The translations under genes were made by a program, and so were the position numbers. The notes beneath the pieces are model-generated. The model saw only the letters and a list, made by a program, of their open reading frames with translations, was not told the origin of the DNA and searched no databases. A stretch of DNA of 64,000 nt from Gracilinanus agilis. Its lineage: Eukaryota. Below, piece after piece: positions 47,102 through 59,531 of this stretch. The stretch is taken from the NCBI RefSeq assembly GCF_016433145.1, contig NC_058133.1, positions 192,870,374 through 192,934,373 on the forward strand, written 5' to 3'. How positions within the stretch are numbered: position 1 is the stretch's first letter; every line of letters starts with the position of its first letter.

Positions 47102-50100
47102 ATATGATTATAGATTATAGTAATTAGAAGAATTATTCATAGGGAGAGGTTGGAGTATTAAAGGATCTAAGATGATATGGGGGAGAAAAAAGAAGAGGGG
47201 GGGAATAGTAGATGGCACCAAGAGAAATTTGAATGAATAAGAAAAATAGGATAATCTATACCACACAAAGAGGGCATGGGAAGAAGAGGGGATGAATACT
47301 ACTACAAGAAGGAGAGGAAGAGAGGTAATAATAGGTAATACTTAAACCTTACTCTCAGCAGAATTAATCCTGAGAGGGAAGAGCAGCTATATCCATTGGG
47401 ATATAGAATTCTATCTAACCCTACATAGAAAGTCAGAAGGGATAAACCAAGGGAAGCAGAGGGTGGGGAGTTCAAAAAAGGGAGAGAAAGAGAGGGGAGA
47501 GGGAATTCATTAGGCCTTAAAAAATAAAAAGAGGGAAACAAAAAGGGAGGGGGTGGAAAGGGAAGTAATCTAAGGGAGGGGATAAGGGGGACTGATTGAA
47601 AACAAAATACTGGTTTAAAAGGAAATAGCGTAAGAAGAAGGGGCAGAACTAGGAGAGGATATCAAAATGTAGGGGAACACACAGCTGATAATTATAACTC
47701 TGAATGTGAATGGGATGAACTCACCCATAAAACAGAAGTAAATAGCAGAGTGAATTAGAAAACAAAATCCTACCATATGTTGTCTACAAGAAATACACAT
47801 GAGACAGGAAGACATACATAGAATAAAAATGAAAAGATGGAGCAAAATCTATTGGGCTTCCACTGAGAAAAAGAAGGCAAGGGTTGCCATCATGATTTCT
47901 GACAAAGCCAAAGTAAAAATAGATCTGGTTAAAAGAGATAGGGAAGGCAATTACATCCTGATAAAAAGCAGTATAGACAATGAGGAAATATCAGTACTCA
48001 ACATGTATGTATACACCAAATGGTATAGCATCCAAATTTATAAAGGAGAAATTGGCAGAGCTCAAGGAGGAAATAGACAGCAAAACTATTCTAGTGGGAG
48101 ACTTGAACCTCCCACTATCAGATCTGGATAAATCAAACCAAAAAATAAATAAGAAAGAGGTATGAGAGGTGAATGAAGTCCTAGAAAAATTAGAGTTAAT
48201 AGATATGTGGAGGAAAATAAATAGGGACAAAAAGGAACACACTTTCTTTTCAGCTGTACATGGTACATTCACAAAGACTGACCATGATTTTTGGCAAAGA
48301 GACTGAAGTGGTTTTTGATTTTCTTCCTCATGTCTTTTTACAGATGAGGCAACTGAGCTAAAAAGGATGAAGTGACAGGATCACAGAGCTAATAAGAGTC
48401 TGAAGCCAAATTTGAACTCAGGAAGATGAAGCTGCCTGACTCCATACCTGGCACTCTATCCACTTTACAATTTAGCTACTCCTAATTCATTACATTGGGC
48501 ATGTCCCAAAATAGATATGGCATTCAGGAGGTGAATATTATGCTTCGTAACATGGCAAACAAATGCAAAAGAGCAGAAATAATAAATGTAACCTTTTCAG
48601 ATCATAACGCAATAAAATAATAATTAGTAAGGGCACATGGAAGGCAAATAAAAAATTAATTAGAAATTAAATCATTTGATTCTCCAAAATCAGTTAGTTA
48701 AAGGACAAATCATAGAAATAATTAATAATCTCATTGAAGATAATGACAATGATGAGACATCCTACCAAAAACTGCAGCTAAAGCAGTAGTCAGGGGCAAA
48801 TTTATATCCTTGAGTGCATATATTAACAAATTAGGGAGGGCAAAGATCAATGAACTGGGCATGCAAATCAAAAAACTAGAAAGAGAACAAATTGAAAATC
48901 CCCAGTTAAAAACTAAATTAGAGATTATAAAAATAAAGGAGAAATTAATAAAATCAAAAGTAAAAGAGCTATTGAATTAATAAATAAGACTAGAAGCTGG
49001 TACTTTGAAAAAAGTAATAAAATTGACAAAGTACTGGTCAATCTAATTAAAAAAAGGAAAGAAGAAAACCAAATTATCAGTATCAAAGATAAAAAGGGAG
49101 ACCTCACCTCTAATGATAAGGAAATCAAGACAATCATTAAAAACTATTTTGCCCAACTATATGGCAATAAACATAGCAATCTAGGTGACATGGATGAATA
49201 TTTACAGAAATACAAATTGCCTAGATTAACAGTAGAAGAAATAGAATACTTAAATAATCCCACATCAGAAAGAGAAATTGAACAAGTCATCAAAGAACTC
49301 CCTAAGAAAAAATTACCAGGACCAGATAGATTCACAATTAATTCTATCAAGCATTCAAAGAACAACTAATCCCAGTACTATACAAACTATTTGACATAAT
49401 AAGCAAAGAAGGAGTTCTACCAAACTCCTTTTATGACACAAATATGCTACTGATCTCAAAGCCAGTTAGACCAAAAACAGAGAAAGAAAACTACAGACCA
49501 ATCTCCTTAATGAACATAGATGCAAAAATCTTAAACAGAATACTAGCAAAAAGACTCCAGCAAGTGATCACAAGGGTTATTCATTATAATCAGGTGGGAT
49601 TTATACCAGGAATGCAAGGATGGTTCAATATTAGGAAAACCATTCACATAATTGACCATATCAAAAGCAAACCAACAAAAACCACAATGATTATCTCAAT
49701 AGATGCTGAAAAAGCCTTTGACAAAATACAACACCCATTCCTACTGAAAACACTATAAAGTATAGGAATAAAAGGGCCTTTCCTAAAAATAATAAACATT
49801 ATAAATCTAAAACCATCCACAAACATCATCTGCAACTGGGATAAATTAGAAGTATTCCCAATAAGATCAGGAGTGAAACAAGGATGCCCATTGTACCTCT
49901 ATTATTTAACATTGTACTAAAAATACTTGCAGTATTTTTATCAAAATATATCAAAGTACCAGCAATTAGAGAAGAAAAAAAATTGAAGGTATTAAAATAG
50001 GCAGTGGGGAAACCAAGCTATCACTCTTTGCAGATGATATGATGGTCTACTTAAAAAATGCTAGAGAATCAACTAAAAAGTTAGTGGAAATAATCAACAA

Positions 50101-52010
50101 CTTTAGCAAAGTTGCTACCCAAATTAATTTACTTATTTAGTGCTATACCTATCAAACTACCAAAAAACTTTTTTTACTGAATTAGAAAAAACTATAACAA
50201 AGTTCATTTGGAAGAACAAAAGATCAAGACTATCAAGGAAAATAATGAAAAAAAAAAAACGTGAAGGAAGGTGGCCTAGCAGTACCAGATCTTAAAATGT
50301 ACTATAAAGCATTTGTCATCAAAACGATATGGTACTGTGGGCAGCTGGGTAACTCAGTGAATTGAGAGCCAGGCCTAGAGACAGGAGGTCCTAGGTTCAA
50401 ATCTGACCTCAGACACTTCCCAGCTGTGTGACCCTGGGCAAGTCACTTGACCCCCTTTGCTTACCCTTGCCACTCTTCTGCCTTGGAGCCAATACACAGT
50501 ATTGACTCCAAGACAGAAGGTAAGGGTTTAAAAACAACAACAACAACAATATGGTACTGGTGAAGAGACAGAAGGGAGGATCAGTGGAATAGATTTGGGG
50601 TAAGTGACCTCAGTCTATGATAAACCCAAAGAACACAGCTTCTGGGACAAAACCCCACAATTTGACAAAAACTGCTGGGAAAATTTGAAAACAGTATGGT
50701 AGATATTAGGTTTAGATCAACATCTCACACCTTATACCAAGATAAATTCAGAATGAGTGAATGACTTGAATATAAAGAAGGAAACTATAAATAAATTAGG
50801 TGAGCACAGAATAGTATACTTGTCAGATCTCTAGGAAAGGGAAGATTTTAAAACCAAGCAAGAGTTGGAAAAAAACTACAAAATGTAAAATAAATAATTT
50901 TGATTACATTAAACTAAAAAGTTTTTGTACAAACAAAACCAATGCTACCAAAATTAGAAGGGAAGCAACAAATTGGGAAAAAACTTTATAACAAAAAACT
51001 CAGAAAAAAGTCTAATTACTCAAACATATAAGGAGCTAAATCAAATGTACAAAAAACCAAGCCATTCCCCAATTGATAAATGGGCAAGGGATATGAATAG
51101 GCAATTTTCAGGTAAAGAAATCAAAACTATCAACAAACACATGAAAAAGTGTTCTAAATCTCTTAGAATTAGAGAAATGCAAATCAAAGCAACTCTGAGG
51201 TGCCACATCACACCTAGCAGATTAGCTAACATGACAGCAAAGGAAAGTGGAGAATGTTGGAGGGGATGTGGCAAAATTGGGACATTAATGCATTGCTGGT
51301 GGAGTTATGAATTGATCCAACCATTCTGGATGGCAATTTAGAACTATTCCCAAAGGGCTTTAAAAGACTATCTGCCTTTTGATCCAGCCATAGCACTGCT
51401 TGGTTTATACCCCAAAGAGATAATAAGGAAAAAGACTTGTACAAAAATATTTATAGCCATGCTCTTTGCATTGGCAAAAAAATTGGAAAATGAGGGAATG
51501 TCCTTTGAGTGGGGAATGGATGAACAAATTGTGGTATCTGTTGGTGATGGAATACTATTGTGCTCAAAGGAATAACTGGAGGAATTCTATGTGAACTGGA
51601 ATGACCTCTAGAAATTGATGCAGAGTGAAAGGAACAGATCCAGGAGAACATTGTACACAGAGACTGATACACTGTGGTACAATCAAACATAAAGGACTTC
51701 TCTACTAGCAGCAATGCAAGGATCCAGAGCAAGGCTGAGGGACTTATTAGAAAGAAAACTAGCCACATTCAGAGGAAGAACTGTGGGAGTAAAAACACAG
51801 AAGAAAAACAACTGCTTGAACACATAGGTTGATGGGGATATTATTGGGGAGGTAGATGCTAAACGATAACTAGTCCAACTATCGATAATATGGAATTAGG
51901 TCTTAATCAATGATACATGTAAAACCCAGGGGAGTTTGGGGGAGAGGGAAAGAACATGAAATATGTAACTATGGGAAAATATTAAAAATAAAATAAATTA
52001 AAAAAAAAAG
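47102..52010 (+). mobile_element. 5'-truncated L1 with a broken ORF2 and poly(A) tail
   Basis: EN/RT motifs ([26 protein letters not shown]; [11 protein letters not shown]; SLFADD), A tail at about 52000, TSD-like aaaacatta / aagacatta; internal deletion near 50110. Confidence 0.95.
50338..50544 (+). mobile_element. Marsupial SINE inserted in L1 ORF2
   Basis: 15-bp TSD aacgatatggtactg / aacaatatggtactg. Confidence 0.9.
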
Positions 52011-52692
52011 ACATTAATGCCAAACTTAGTTTGGGTGTCCATTCAGCTCAGAACTTTGCAGCTCAAGAGATTTTCCAGCCTCAGCCTCTTCCATTGCTAG
52101 GATTACATGAGACACCATGTCCAGGAATAACTATTTTTTCCTGTGTCACAGTTTTCTCATAAGTAAAATAATTCTTACGCTATTTACCTCATAGGGATTT
52201 GAGAAAAGTGCATTGTAAACACTGATGTACTGTAAAAATCATTTCTCTGCCAAATCTATTTGGTTCTCTCTAGTTTTCTATCTATGATCATTTCTTATTT
52301 CTTAGTCTTTCTGTATGTTTCTCAAGAGGTCAATTAGTTAAAAAAAAGATGAATTATCCTTTTGGAAATTCCACCAAATGACAAGTATCCAAACTTGGAT
52401 GGGGCTTTGGGGTAGCGTCTGGAAAACTAACCGTAAAAAGAGATATTCTGGGAGCCTCTGATGACCACTTTCCACTCTCTTCTGAGAATATCAGAGACTC
52501 ATTAGCAAGATATTAGGACAAAAAACACAAGTGCTCATTCTTTCCTTCTCTTTTTGATGATTTTTGCTTCATTTTTTATTGTTATCTCCCCTCCTTCACA
52601 GGAAGCAAATGTAGAAAGGGAGAAAAGAAGAAGAAAAGCAAAGTAGAAGAGGATTTACTCCTCAAGCCCCATTTTATTTTCTCTATCCCTCC

Positions 52693-53620
52693 NNNNNNNN
52701 NNNNNNNNNNNNNNNNNNNNNNNNNNNNNNNNNNNNNNNNNNNNNNNNNNNNNNNNNNNNNNNNNNNNNNNNNNNNNNNNNNNNNNNNNNNNNNNNNNNN
52801 NNNNNNNNNNNNNNNNNNNNNNNNNNNNNNNNNNNNNNNNNNNNNNNNNNNNNNNNNNNNNNNNNNNNNNNNNNNNNNNNNNNNNNNNNNNNNNNNNNNN
52901 NNNNNNNNNNNNNNNNNNNNNNNNNNNNNNNNNNNNNNNNNNNNNNNNNNNNNNNNNNNNNNNNNNNNNNNNNNNNNNNNNNNNNNNNNNNNNNNNNNNN
53001 NNNNNNNNNNNNNNNNNNNNNNNNNNNNNNNNNNNNNNNNNNNNNNNNNNNNNNNNNNNNNNNNNNNNNNNNNNNNNNNNNNNNNNNNNNNNNNNNNNNN
53101 NNNNNNNNNNNNNNNNNNNNNNNNNNNNNNNNNNNNNNNNNNNNNNNNNNNNNNNNNNNNNNNNNNNNNNNNNNNNNNNNNNNNNNNNNNNNACCGTTGT
53201 GGAAGGGCCTGAGCGAGATGGGGTTCTGGGCTGAAGAGCTCGTGCGTATGCGTTTGAGGGGCAGAAGTGAGGTGTCACTCGGAGAAGGGGTTAATAGACC
53301 TGCTTGTGAGGGAGCTAGGGAGAGGGATTGTGGGGATGGAGTCAGACTTGGGAGAGGTAATTATAATTCCGCATATTGGGGAGAATTGGAGAGAAGGTCG
53401 TGGGGAGGGGGTAGAGATGGTTTACTTATGACTACCTGTTTGTTGGAGAGAGCGTCTGTATATGGGGGCCACTTGGAAGGAGTGGGGCGGGATGCTTATG
53501 CATATAGTCAGGGTATCCGCGTATATAGGGATGGGTGCCGGGGAGAAGGCTCAGCTGGACGGTGGGGAGATGTCCGCGTGCATTAGACACTGGGTAGCGG
53601 GGGAGGGAAATAGGAACGGT
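52693..53620 (+). promoter_or_regulatory. Probable ORMDL3 promoter/exon 1 region, mostly inside a 500-N gap
   Basis: Raised CpG and GC content right after the gap; ORMDL3 has a non-coding first exon that is not seen elsewhere. Confidence 0.45.
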
Positions 53621-54789
53621 GGGGCTGAGGGGAGATGGGATGCTGTAGGAAAAGTGGAGAGGGTGGACTCTTTCCGGGATACAAGTTTGGCTGCCTTTGG
53701 GTCAGGATGAGTGGAACAGTCAGTGAAGACTGAGTTGAGGGGCTGAGGTTTGGAAGGAAGTGGATAGTCAGGAGTTGAGGTGGTGTGGGCCTGAGTTGGA
53801 GAGCTGCGTTCTGCTGGGCTGTTGGGGGGGAGGTCCTACCTCAGAAAGCCTCAATTTTAGTTGAAAACTCCTCCTCCTTCTCTTGCCTCTCTCCGCCCCA
53901 ACTCCTCCCCCTACCTTTAGCTGCCGAGCAGCTGCCTCCTGTCTGAGAGGAAGGGCTTCAGAGGTGAGTTGAGAAGGGGATTCACTGAGAGCCAGCCTTT
54001 CCTAAGCAGGGAAAGGGTAAAGTCGAGGGGTGGGGGGCAGTTAGTTGAAGGAAGAGGGTCACATTTCCTTACTTGGGTGGCAAAGGAAGGGTTGAAATTT
54101 TCTCCCCCAAAGAGTAGAAAGGGTTGTTTTAAGGACTGACTCTTTCTCAGCTGCTCTTGGGGTGTATGGAAGAAGTGTGTGTATAGGGGGAGAAAGGTCG
54201 TGGTTTTCTTAGGTACCAGCCAAACTACAGGTATCTCACCCTGGTGTCACTATCCAGCAAGGAAGAGGTGTATGTTCAGGGAAGGGTTGTTTGGCAGAGG
54301 ATTAGTTAACAAAACCGCTCCGGGCTGTAGTCTGGCACAGATCAGGTTATGAAACCAAAATGAAGGAGCCATAGGCACTAGAACTTCTCTGTCTCAACTG
54401 CCAGTGGGGACTTTCTGCAGTCTTACGACTTCTTGCCCTATAACCTCAGAGATCCTTTTGACCGGGGAATCTAGGAGTAGTGGGCTCCAGGAGTAGAAAG
54501 CATTATTAGACTGTCGTTTTACTTATAGGAATTGTTGGCCCTTTTAACAGCAAGAATGCATGTTAGACTCCCTGGCTCTCTTGTCTGCCCTTCTGTTCTT
54601 CTTTCCTTAGGGACTCCTCATGGTTTCTGCCCTCTCATATCTGCTTTATCTGTTACCTACATATTGCATAGTCTCTTCTTTGAGAATTTCATTGAGCTAC
54701 CCAAACTGGATTAAACTGGGAATGGGGCACCAGCTGGAATGAGAGTGAGAGTCATTGCCACTATTCTTTCCTCTTCCCCTCCCTGCTAT

Positions 54790-56330
54790 TAATCAGTCAA
54801 CAGGTACTGCTTGCCAGAAACTATGCTAAGCACTGGAGTTACAAGGAAAAAGCAAAGATTGCCCTTATCTTAAAGGAATTTACATTCAAATGGGGAAGAC
54901 AACATGTGCCTACATAGGTGCAAAAAAGCTGCATACAAAGTAGATGGAAGATCACATTGAGGGGAAGTTGCCAGCCAGCTAGGGGGGACTGGGAAAGACT
55001 TCCTGCAAAGGTGGGTGGCATTTAGACTGAGATTGAAGGAAGCTAGGGATTCTGGGAGGCAGAAGTGAGGAGGGAGAGCATTCCAGACATGGGGAAACAG
55101 CCCATACAAAGGCCCACAGATGGGAGATGATGTGTCATGTGTGAGGAACAGCAAGTGGGCCAGTGTGGCTGAATTGAAGAGTACACAAAGGGAGTAAAGT
55201 GGAAGAATATTCGAAAGAGGAAAGGACCCAAGCTGTGAAGAATAGGGAAAGGTGATTTAGTCAGTTCACTTGGGAAACTTTGTAGAGAGGAATTGGGAGT
55301 CTTGCCTTGAGACAGAACTTAGAGAGACTTGAGACAGAATTTAGAGAGCTATTGCAATAGTTTATGTGGGAGGTGACAAGGGAACTAAGGTGGCAGCTGT
55401 GTAAGTAGAGAGAAGGGGATCTACGTGGGAGAGATATGATAGAGAAAAGACAAAAGTTAGCAACTGATTATATATTATAGTGGAGTGGAGAGCAAGTTGA
55501 AGATGACACTGAGGTTGTGGATTTGGGATCCTAGAAGGATAGTGAATAGGGGGAAGAGAGTTCAAAAGCAGGGTAGGCTTAGTGGGGGTGGGGAGATTAC
55601 AAATTGTATTTTGGATTTGGAAAGTTAGATTTCAAAACCAGAACTGAGAAGAAAGACTAGCACTGAATATATGGATCTGGCAGAGGTGGTAATTGAACTC
55701 ATGGAAATAAAAAGATCATCAAGTCATGTAGTATAGAAGAAAAAGAGAAGAGAACTCAGATTGAGCCTTGAGGTGTACCCAGTGAGCGGGTATGGCATGG
55801 ATGCAGAACCAGCAAAGTTGACTGAACAGTGGTTAGACTGGAGAAGTCTAAAGAAGACAGCATCATAAAAACAGAGATGAAAAGAGTATCCAAAAGAGGC
55901 GCTGATCAACAATGTCAGATGTTGCAAGAGAGGCCAAGGATTGGAATTGAGAAGAGGTCATTAGATATGGCTATTCAAGATCTTTGGGAACTGAGGAGAG
56001 AGCACTTTCCTTTGAATGTTGAGGTTGGAAGCCAGATTGCTGAGGGTTTAAGAGAGGGTGAGAGGAGAGTCAGTGCAGACACTGAGTGTAAATGGCTTTT
56101 TCATGGAGTTTAGCTGAGAAAGAAAGGAGAGTGACTCTAGGTGGCCGGCATGGTAGGATTGAGTGATAATTTTCTTTTTTTTTTTTTAAGAGTTAAAGAA
56201 ATTGGATTTGTTTTGTAGGCAGCAGGGAAGAAGTTAATAGGAAGAGATGGAAAATTAGAGGGAACAAAGAGATAGTGGTGGTGGGGAAGGGAATTTGGGA
56301 TTAAGGGTTTGTGTAAAAAACTTGGCTTTG
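54790..56330. mobile_element. Old L2-like LINE fragments
   Basis: Phrases such as ctatgctaagcactggagttacaag and purine-rich L2 ORF2 remnants. Confidence 0.6.
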
Positions 56331-57276
56331 GAAAGGAAGGATAGCTCTTCAGAGACTGAAGTAAAAGAAGTTGATGGTAGTCTTTAGAGGGATTCTAAGT
56401 GAGTTTAAGAATTATTCTTGGCCCTACTTCACAGTGTCCTGGGGTGTGTCAATATTCTTGTCACATTCTGGGGGGATGGACTGTCTTCTTGGACATATGG
56501 CATTATTGGAGCCCTAGAATCTGTCCCCTTCCACTTTCTCATTATTATTGGAATGGTGGCTCCTTCCTTCCCAGTTAACTGGAGGAGGTTTAATTTTATC
56601 CTCCATGACACTTAGAGATCTGAAATCACAGAACCCTTATGATCAAGCAGTGAATGGATGGATCACAATCAGAACTCAGAAGGTAGCAGGAATTAGTGAC
56701 TCCCTGGATATTAGTTCTTAGGAATCAGACTGCCTCAGAAGTACCTTGCCTGGGGAATAACAAACACCTTCATCTCTATTCCATCCTCCTACTCCCATGA
56801 TTGGGCCAGTAAACAACTGAGCTAACTTCAGTTTCCTAGCTTCTTATGTTCTTGTTTGACTTAATTACCAGGTTTAATAGGCTGTAGTGATTAGTCCCCC
56901 TGGAAGCTTAACCTATCTAGGTTACACTCTGGGGCCAGACTTTCTTGGACTTTGTAACCTCATGCAGATATGTTTGTTATGGAGAATGCAGTTTTCTCTT
57001 GAGATCTTAAAGCCCTACACCTGGGAAGGCGACATGTGTTGGGAGAAGGTTTGCCCTAAATGTCTTAGGTAGTTTAGTGGCTGAGACTCAAAATATCTGG
57101 TTCCTAACCATGTAGGAACTTTGGGCTTCCTAGAGTTGATCACCTCTGCTGGAGGTAGAAATGGGTCAAGTTCACACTTGGACTGTGTGATTGGGGTGAT
57201 ATTCCTTGGAGGGCATCTTCCTTTTCCCTTTATGTCCTCAAGAGATATGAGACCATTGCTTTAGGGAAAAGCCTTG

Positions 57277-57470
57277 GGGGCAGCTAGATGCTACAGTGGA
57301 TAAAGCACCAGGCCTGGAGATAGAAGGTCCTGGGTCCAAATTTAGGCTTAGACACTTCCTAGCTATGTAATCCTGGACAAGTCACTTAACCTCTATTGCT
57401 TAGCCCTTACCACTCTAATGCCTTACAATGAAATATTGATTCTAAGACAGAAAGTAAAAGGTTTTTAGAA
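57277..57470 (+). mobile_element. Marsupial SINE
   Basis: ggggcagctagatgctacagtggat...agacacttcctagctatgtaatcctggacaagtcacttaacc. Confidence 0.8.
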
Positions 57471-59357
57471 AGAGAGAGCCTCATGGTCTTTACAGGTCAC
57501 CCCTAGCCTCCATGGTCTCATACAGGGGAGCTGTGCTGTCAGTCAGCCCTCCCTTCCTGAGCAATTGGTGGAGGCTTCTCTAGCCAGGGGGGAAGATACC
57601 ATCTCTTTTCCTCCTCCACCAGGATACTACAGTTATCAGGAAGAACAGCCAAACTGGGGACAAGAGAGCTTCCCCAGGGTTTTTAAGGGACAAAAACAAA
57701 TTATAGGTTCTATAGGGTAAACCAGGGGTTGGGGAGGAGTCTGGCAAATGAAGAAGGAAGTCCCCCATGGCAAAGGGTATAACCTGAAGAGAAATACTTC
57801 CTGGGTGCCAAGCACAGGTTGGAGCAGTCTGAGCAAGACCAAGAGGAAGGCCAATGTCCACAGACCAGGAGTTAGAAGGTGCTCAGAGAGGGACACAGGC
57901 TGAGAAAGTCACTCACTTTTGTATATTTGTGGGTCTGCATATTTCATTGTTCCCCTATTTAATACTTCTTCACACATTTTTAAACAAACATAAAAAAAGA
58001 GGATCTTTCTGTTGGCTTCAGCCCTTAGCCCTCTGGAAAGTAAACTGACTGTCCACTTCTGGATATGTTGAGTTGGTTTTTTCTGACCCTTGTGCTGGTA
58101 AGAATGGTCTGGAAAACAGAACTGATTGGGCTCCCACTAGTGGGTGTGGAAAAGATGCCACCTCCACTTCTTTCTTTTTAGGACAGGAGAGGTAGGCCAG
58201 AATTAGAGGGAGGCAGATGAGGGAGGAGGTATTACAGAGGGATGGCTTTGTGTTTCTGATGTGGATTGGCTCCAGGTGCAGGAAGGGGGTTGGTGGATAC
58301 TGCCCAGAAAGTTCCTTTGTATGCTTGGGATCAGGAAGGTGGGCAATGGTAGGGATGGAGGGGTGCCTGTCTTCAAGGCTTGGCCTCTGAGTTGGTGGAA
58401 GATTTCTTTAAAGGGAGATGAGCACATCAGAATGGGCTGGCCAGTACCACTTCCCAGCTGGGTCTCCCAGCTCCTGGGGTGGGCCAATATGGACATTGTC
58501 TTTGCCTTACTGAACTCTTAACCCTTCATTGTTAACCTCCTATAGTAGGAACAGCCTGCATTTATCAGTGTGGAGGTGGCTCGTGGAGAAGTTACTAGCA
58601 GAGGACACTTCTACTGCTAGCCCCTATAGGTCCTGTACTCCCATTCTTCTGATCCTGTTATCCCATGGGGTGGGAGTTGGGACAGGGGGAGAAGAAGAAA
58701 GATCATCCCTGAGATACAGAAACAACTTTGAAGTTGGGTTCTTGTTGAGCTACCATCAGAATAGTTAAAGTGGAAATCAGGGGAAAAGGGAGGATTCTTA
58801 AAGTGACCTTGGCCCTCTGGCAAGGGTAATTTCTTTTCCTTCTGCAGTTTTATGAAGAAAGGATCATCTCCCTTCGTATAGGGGAGAGGACTACAGGGAA
58901 TTGGTTTTCCTTTGTAGATTCCTGCTGAATTCTATTCCAGATTCCTCTTCTGCATGAGGAGAGATCAGAGGACTTTGGAATGATTTTTCCAGCTGCTTCC
59001 AGTTCCCTAACTTCCTAAAGGAGTTATCCCAGTTGGGGGAGGGTTTAGTGGTGGTGGTGTTTATCTCTACCTTATAGGATGAAACAGGGAGCTGAGTCCA
59101 TATTGACTTCTCTTTCTTGGGCTTAGAAATTAACCAGGTGAATAGAAGGGAGCTTCTAGGCAGGGGCAGGGAAGAACCTTTTCTGCTCCCTTTTTGGGAA
59201 GACTTTGGATCTGTGGGGAATGGAAGACAGGGTTCTCCCACCTCCTCAGGAGAACGTGAGGCTTGTACTGGGAGATTCCAGAGCAAATGTTTGAGCCTGT
59301 GTCTACCTCCAAACCCCTATGTACTGGTTTCAGAGCGGCGGCCCCAGGGGCGGCAAG

Positions 59358-59531
59358 ATGAATGTGGGCACGGCGCACAGTGAGGTCAACCCCAATACGA
59401 GGGTGATGAACAGTCGGGGCATCTGGCTCTCGTACGTGCTGGCCATCGGGCTCCTCCACGTTGTGCTGCTCAGTATTCCTTTTGTCAGTGTCCCGGTCGT
59501 CTGGACCCTCACCAACCTCATCCACAACATG
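59358..59531 (+). CDS. ORMDL3: ORMDL3 first coding exon
   Basis: Acceptor tttcag at 59333; ends AACATG|gtgagg. Confidence 0.96.

Larger units (their letters stand above)
45029..52670 (-). repeat. Diverged duplicate (copy B) of the GSDMA upstream block, split by an L1
   Basis: 45029-47101 plus 52011-52370 align collinearly to 14732-16830; 52375-52670 aligns to 19190-19480; roughly 75-85% identity by eye. Confidence 0.9.
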
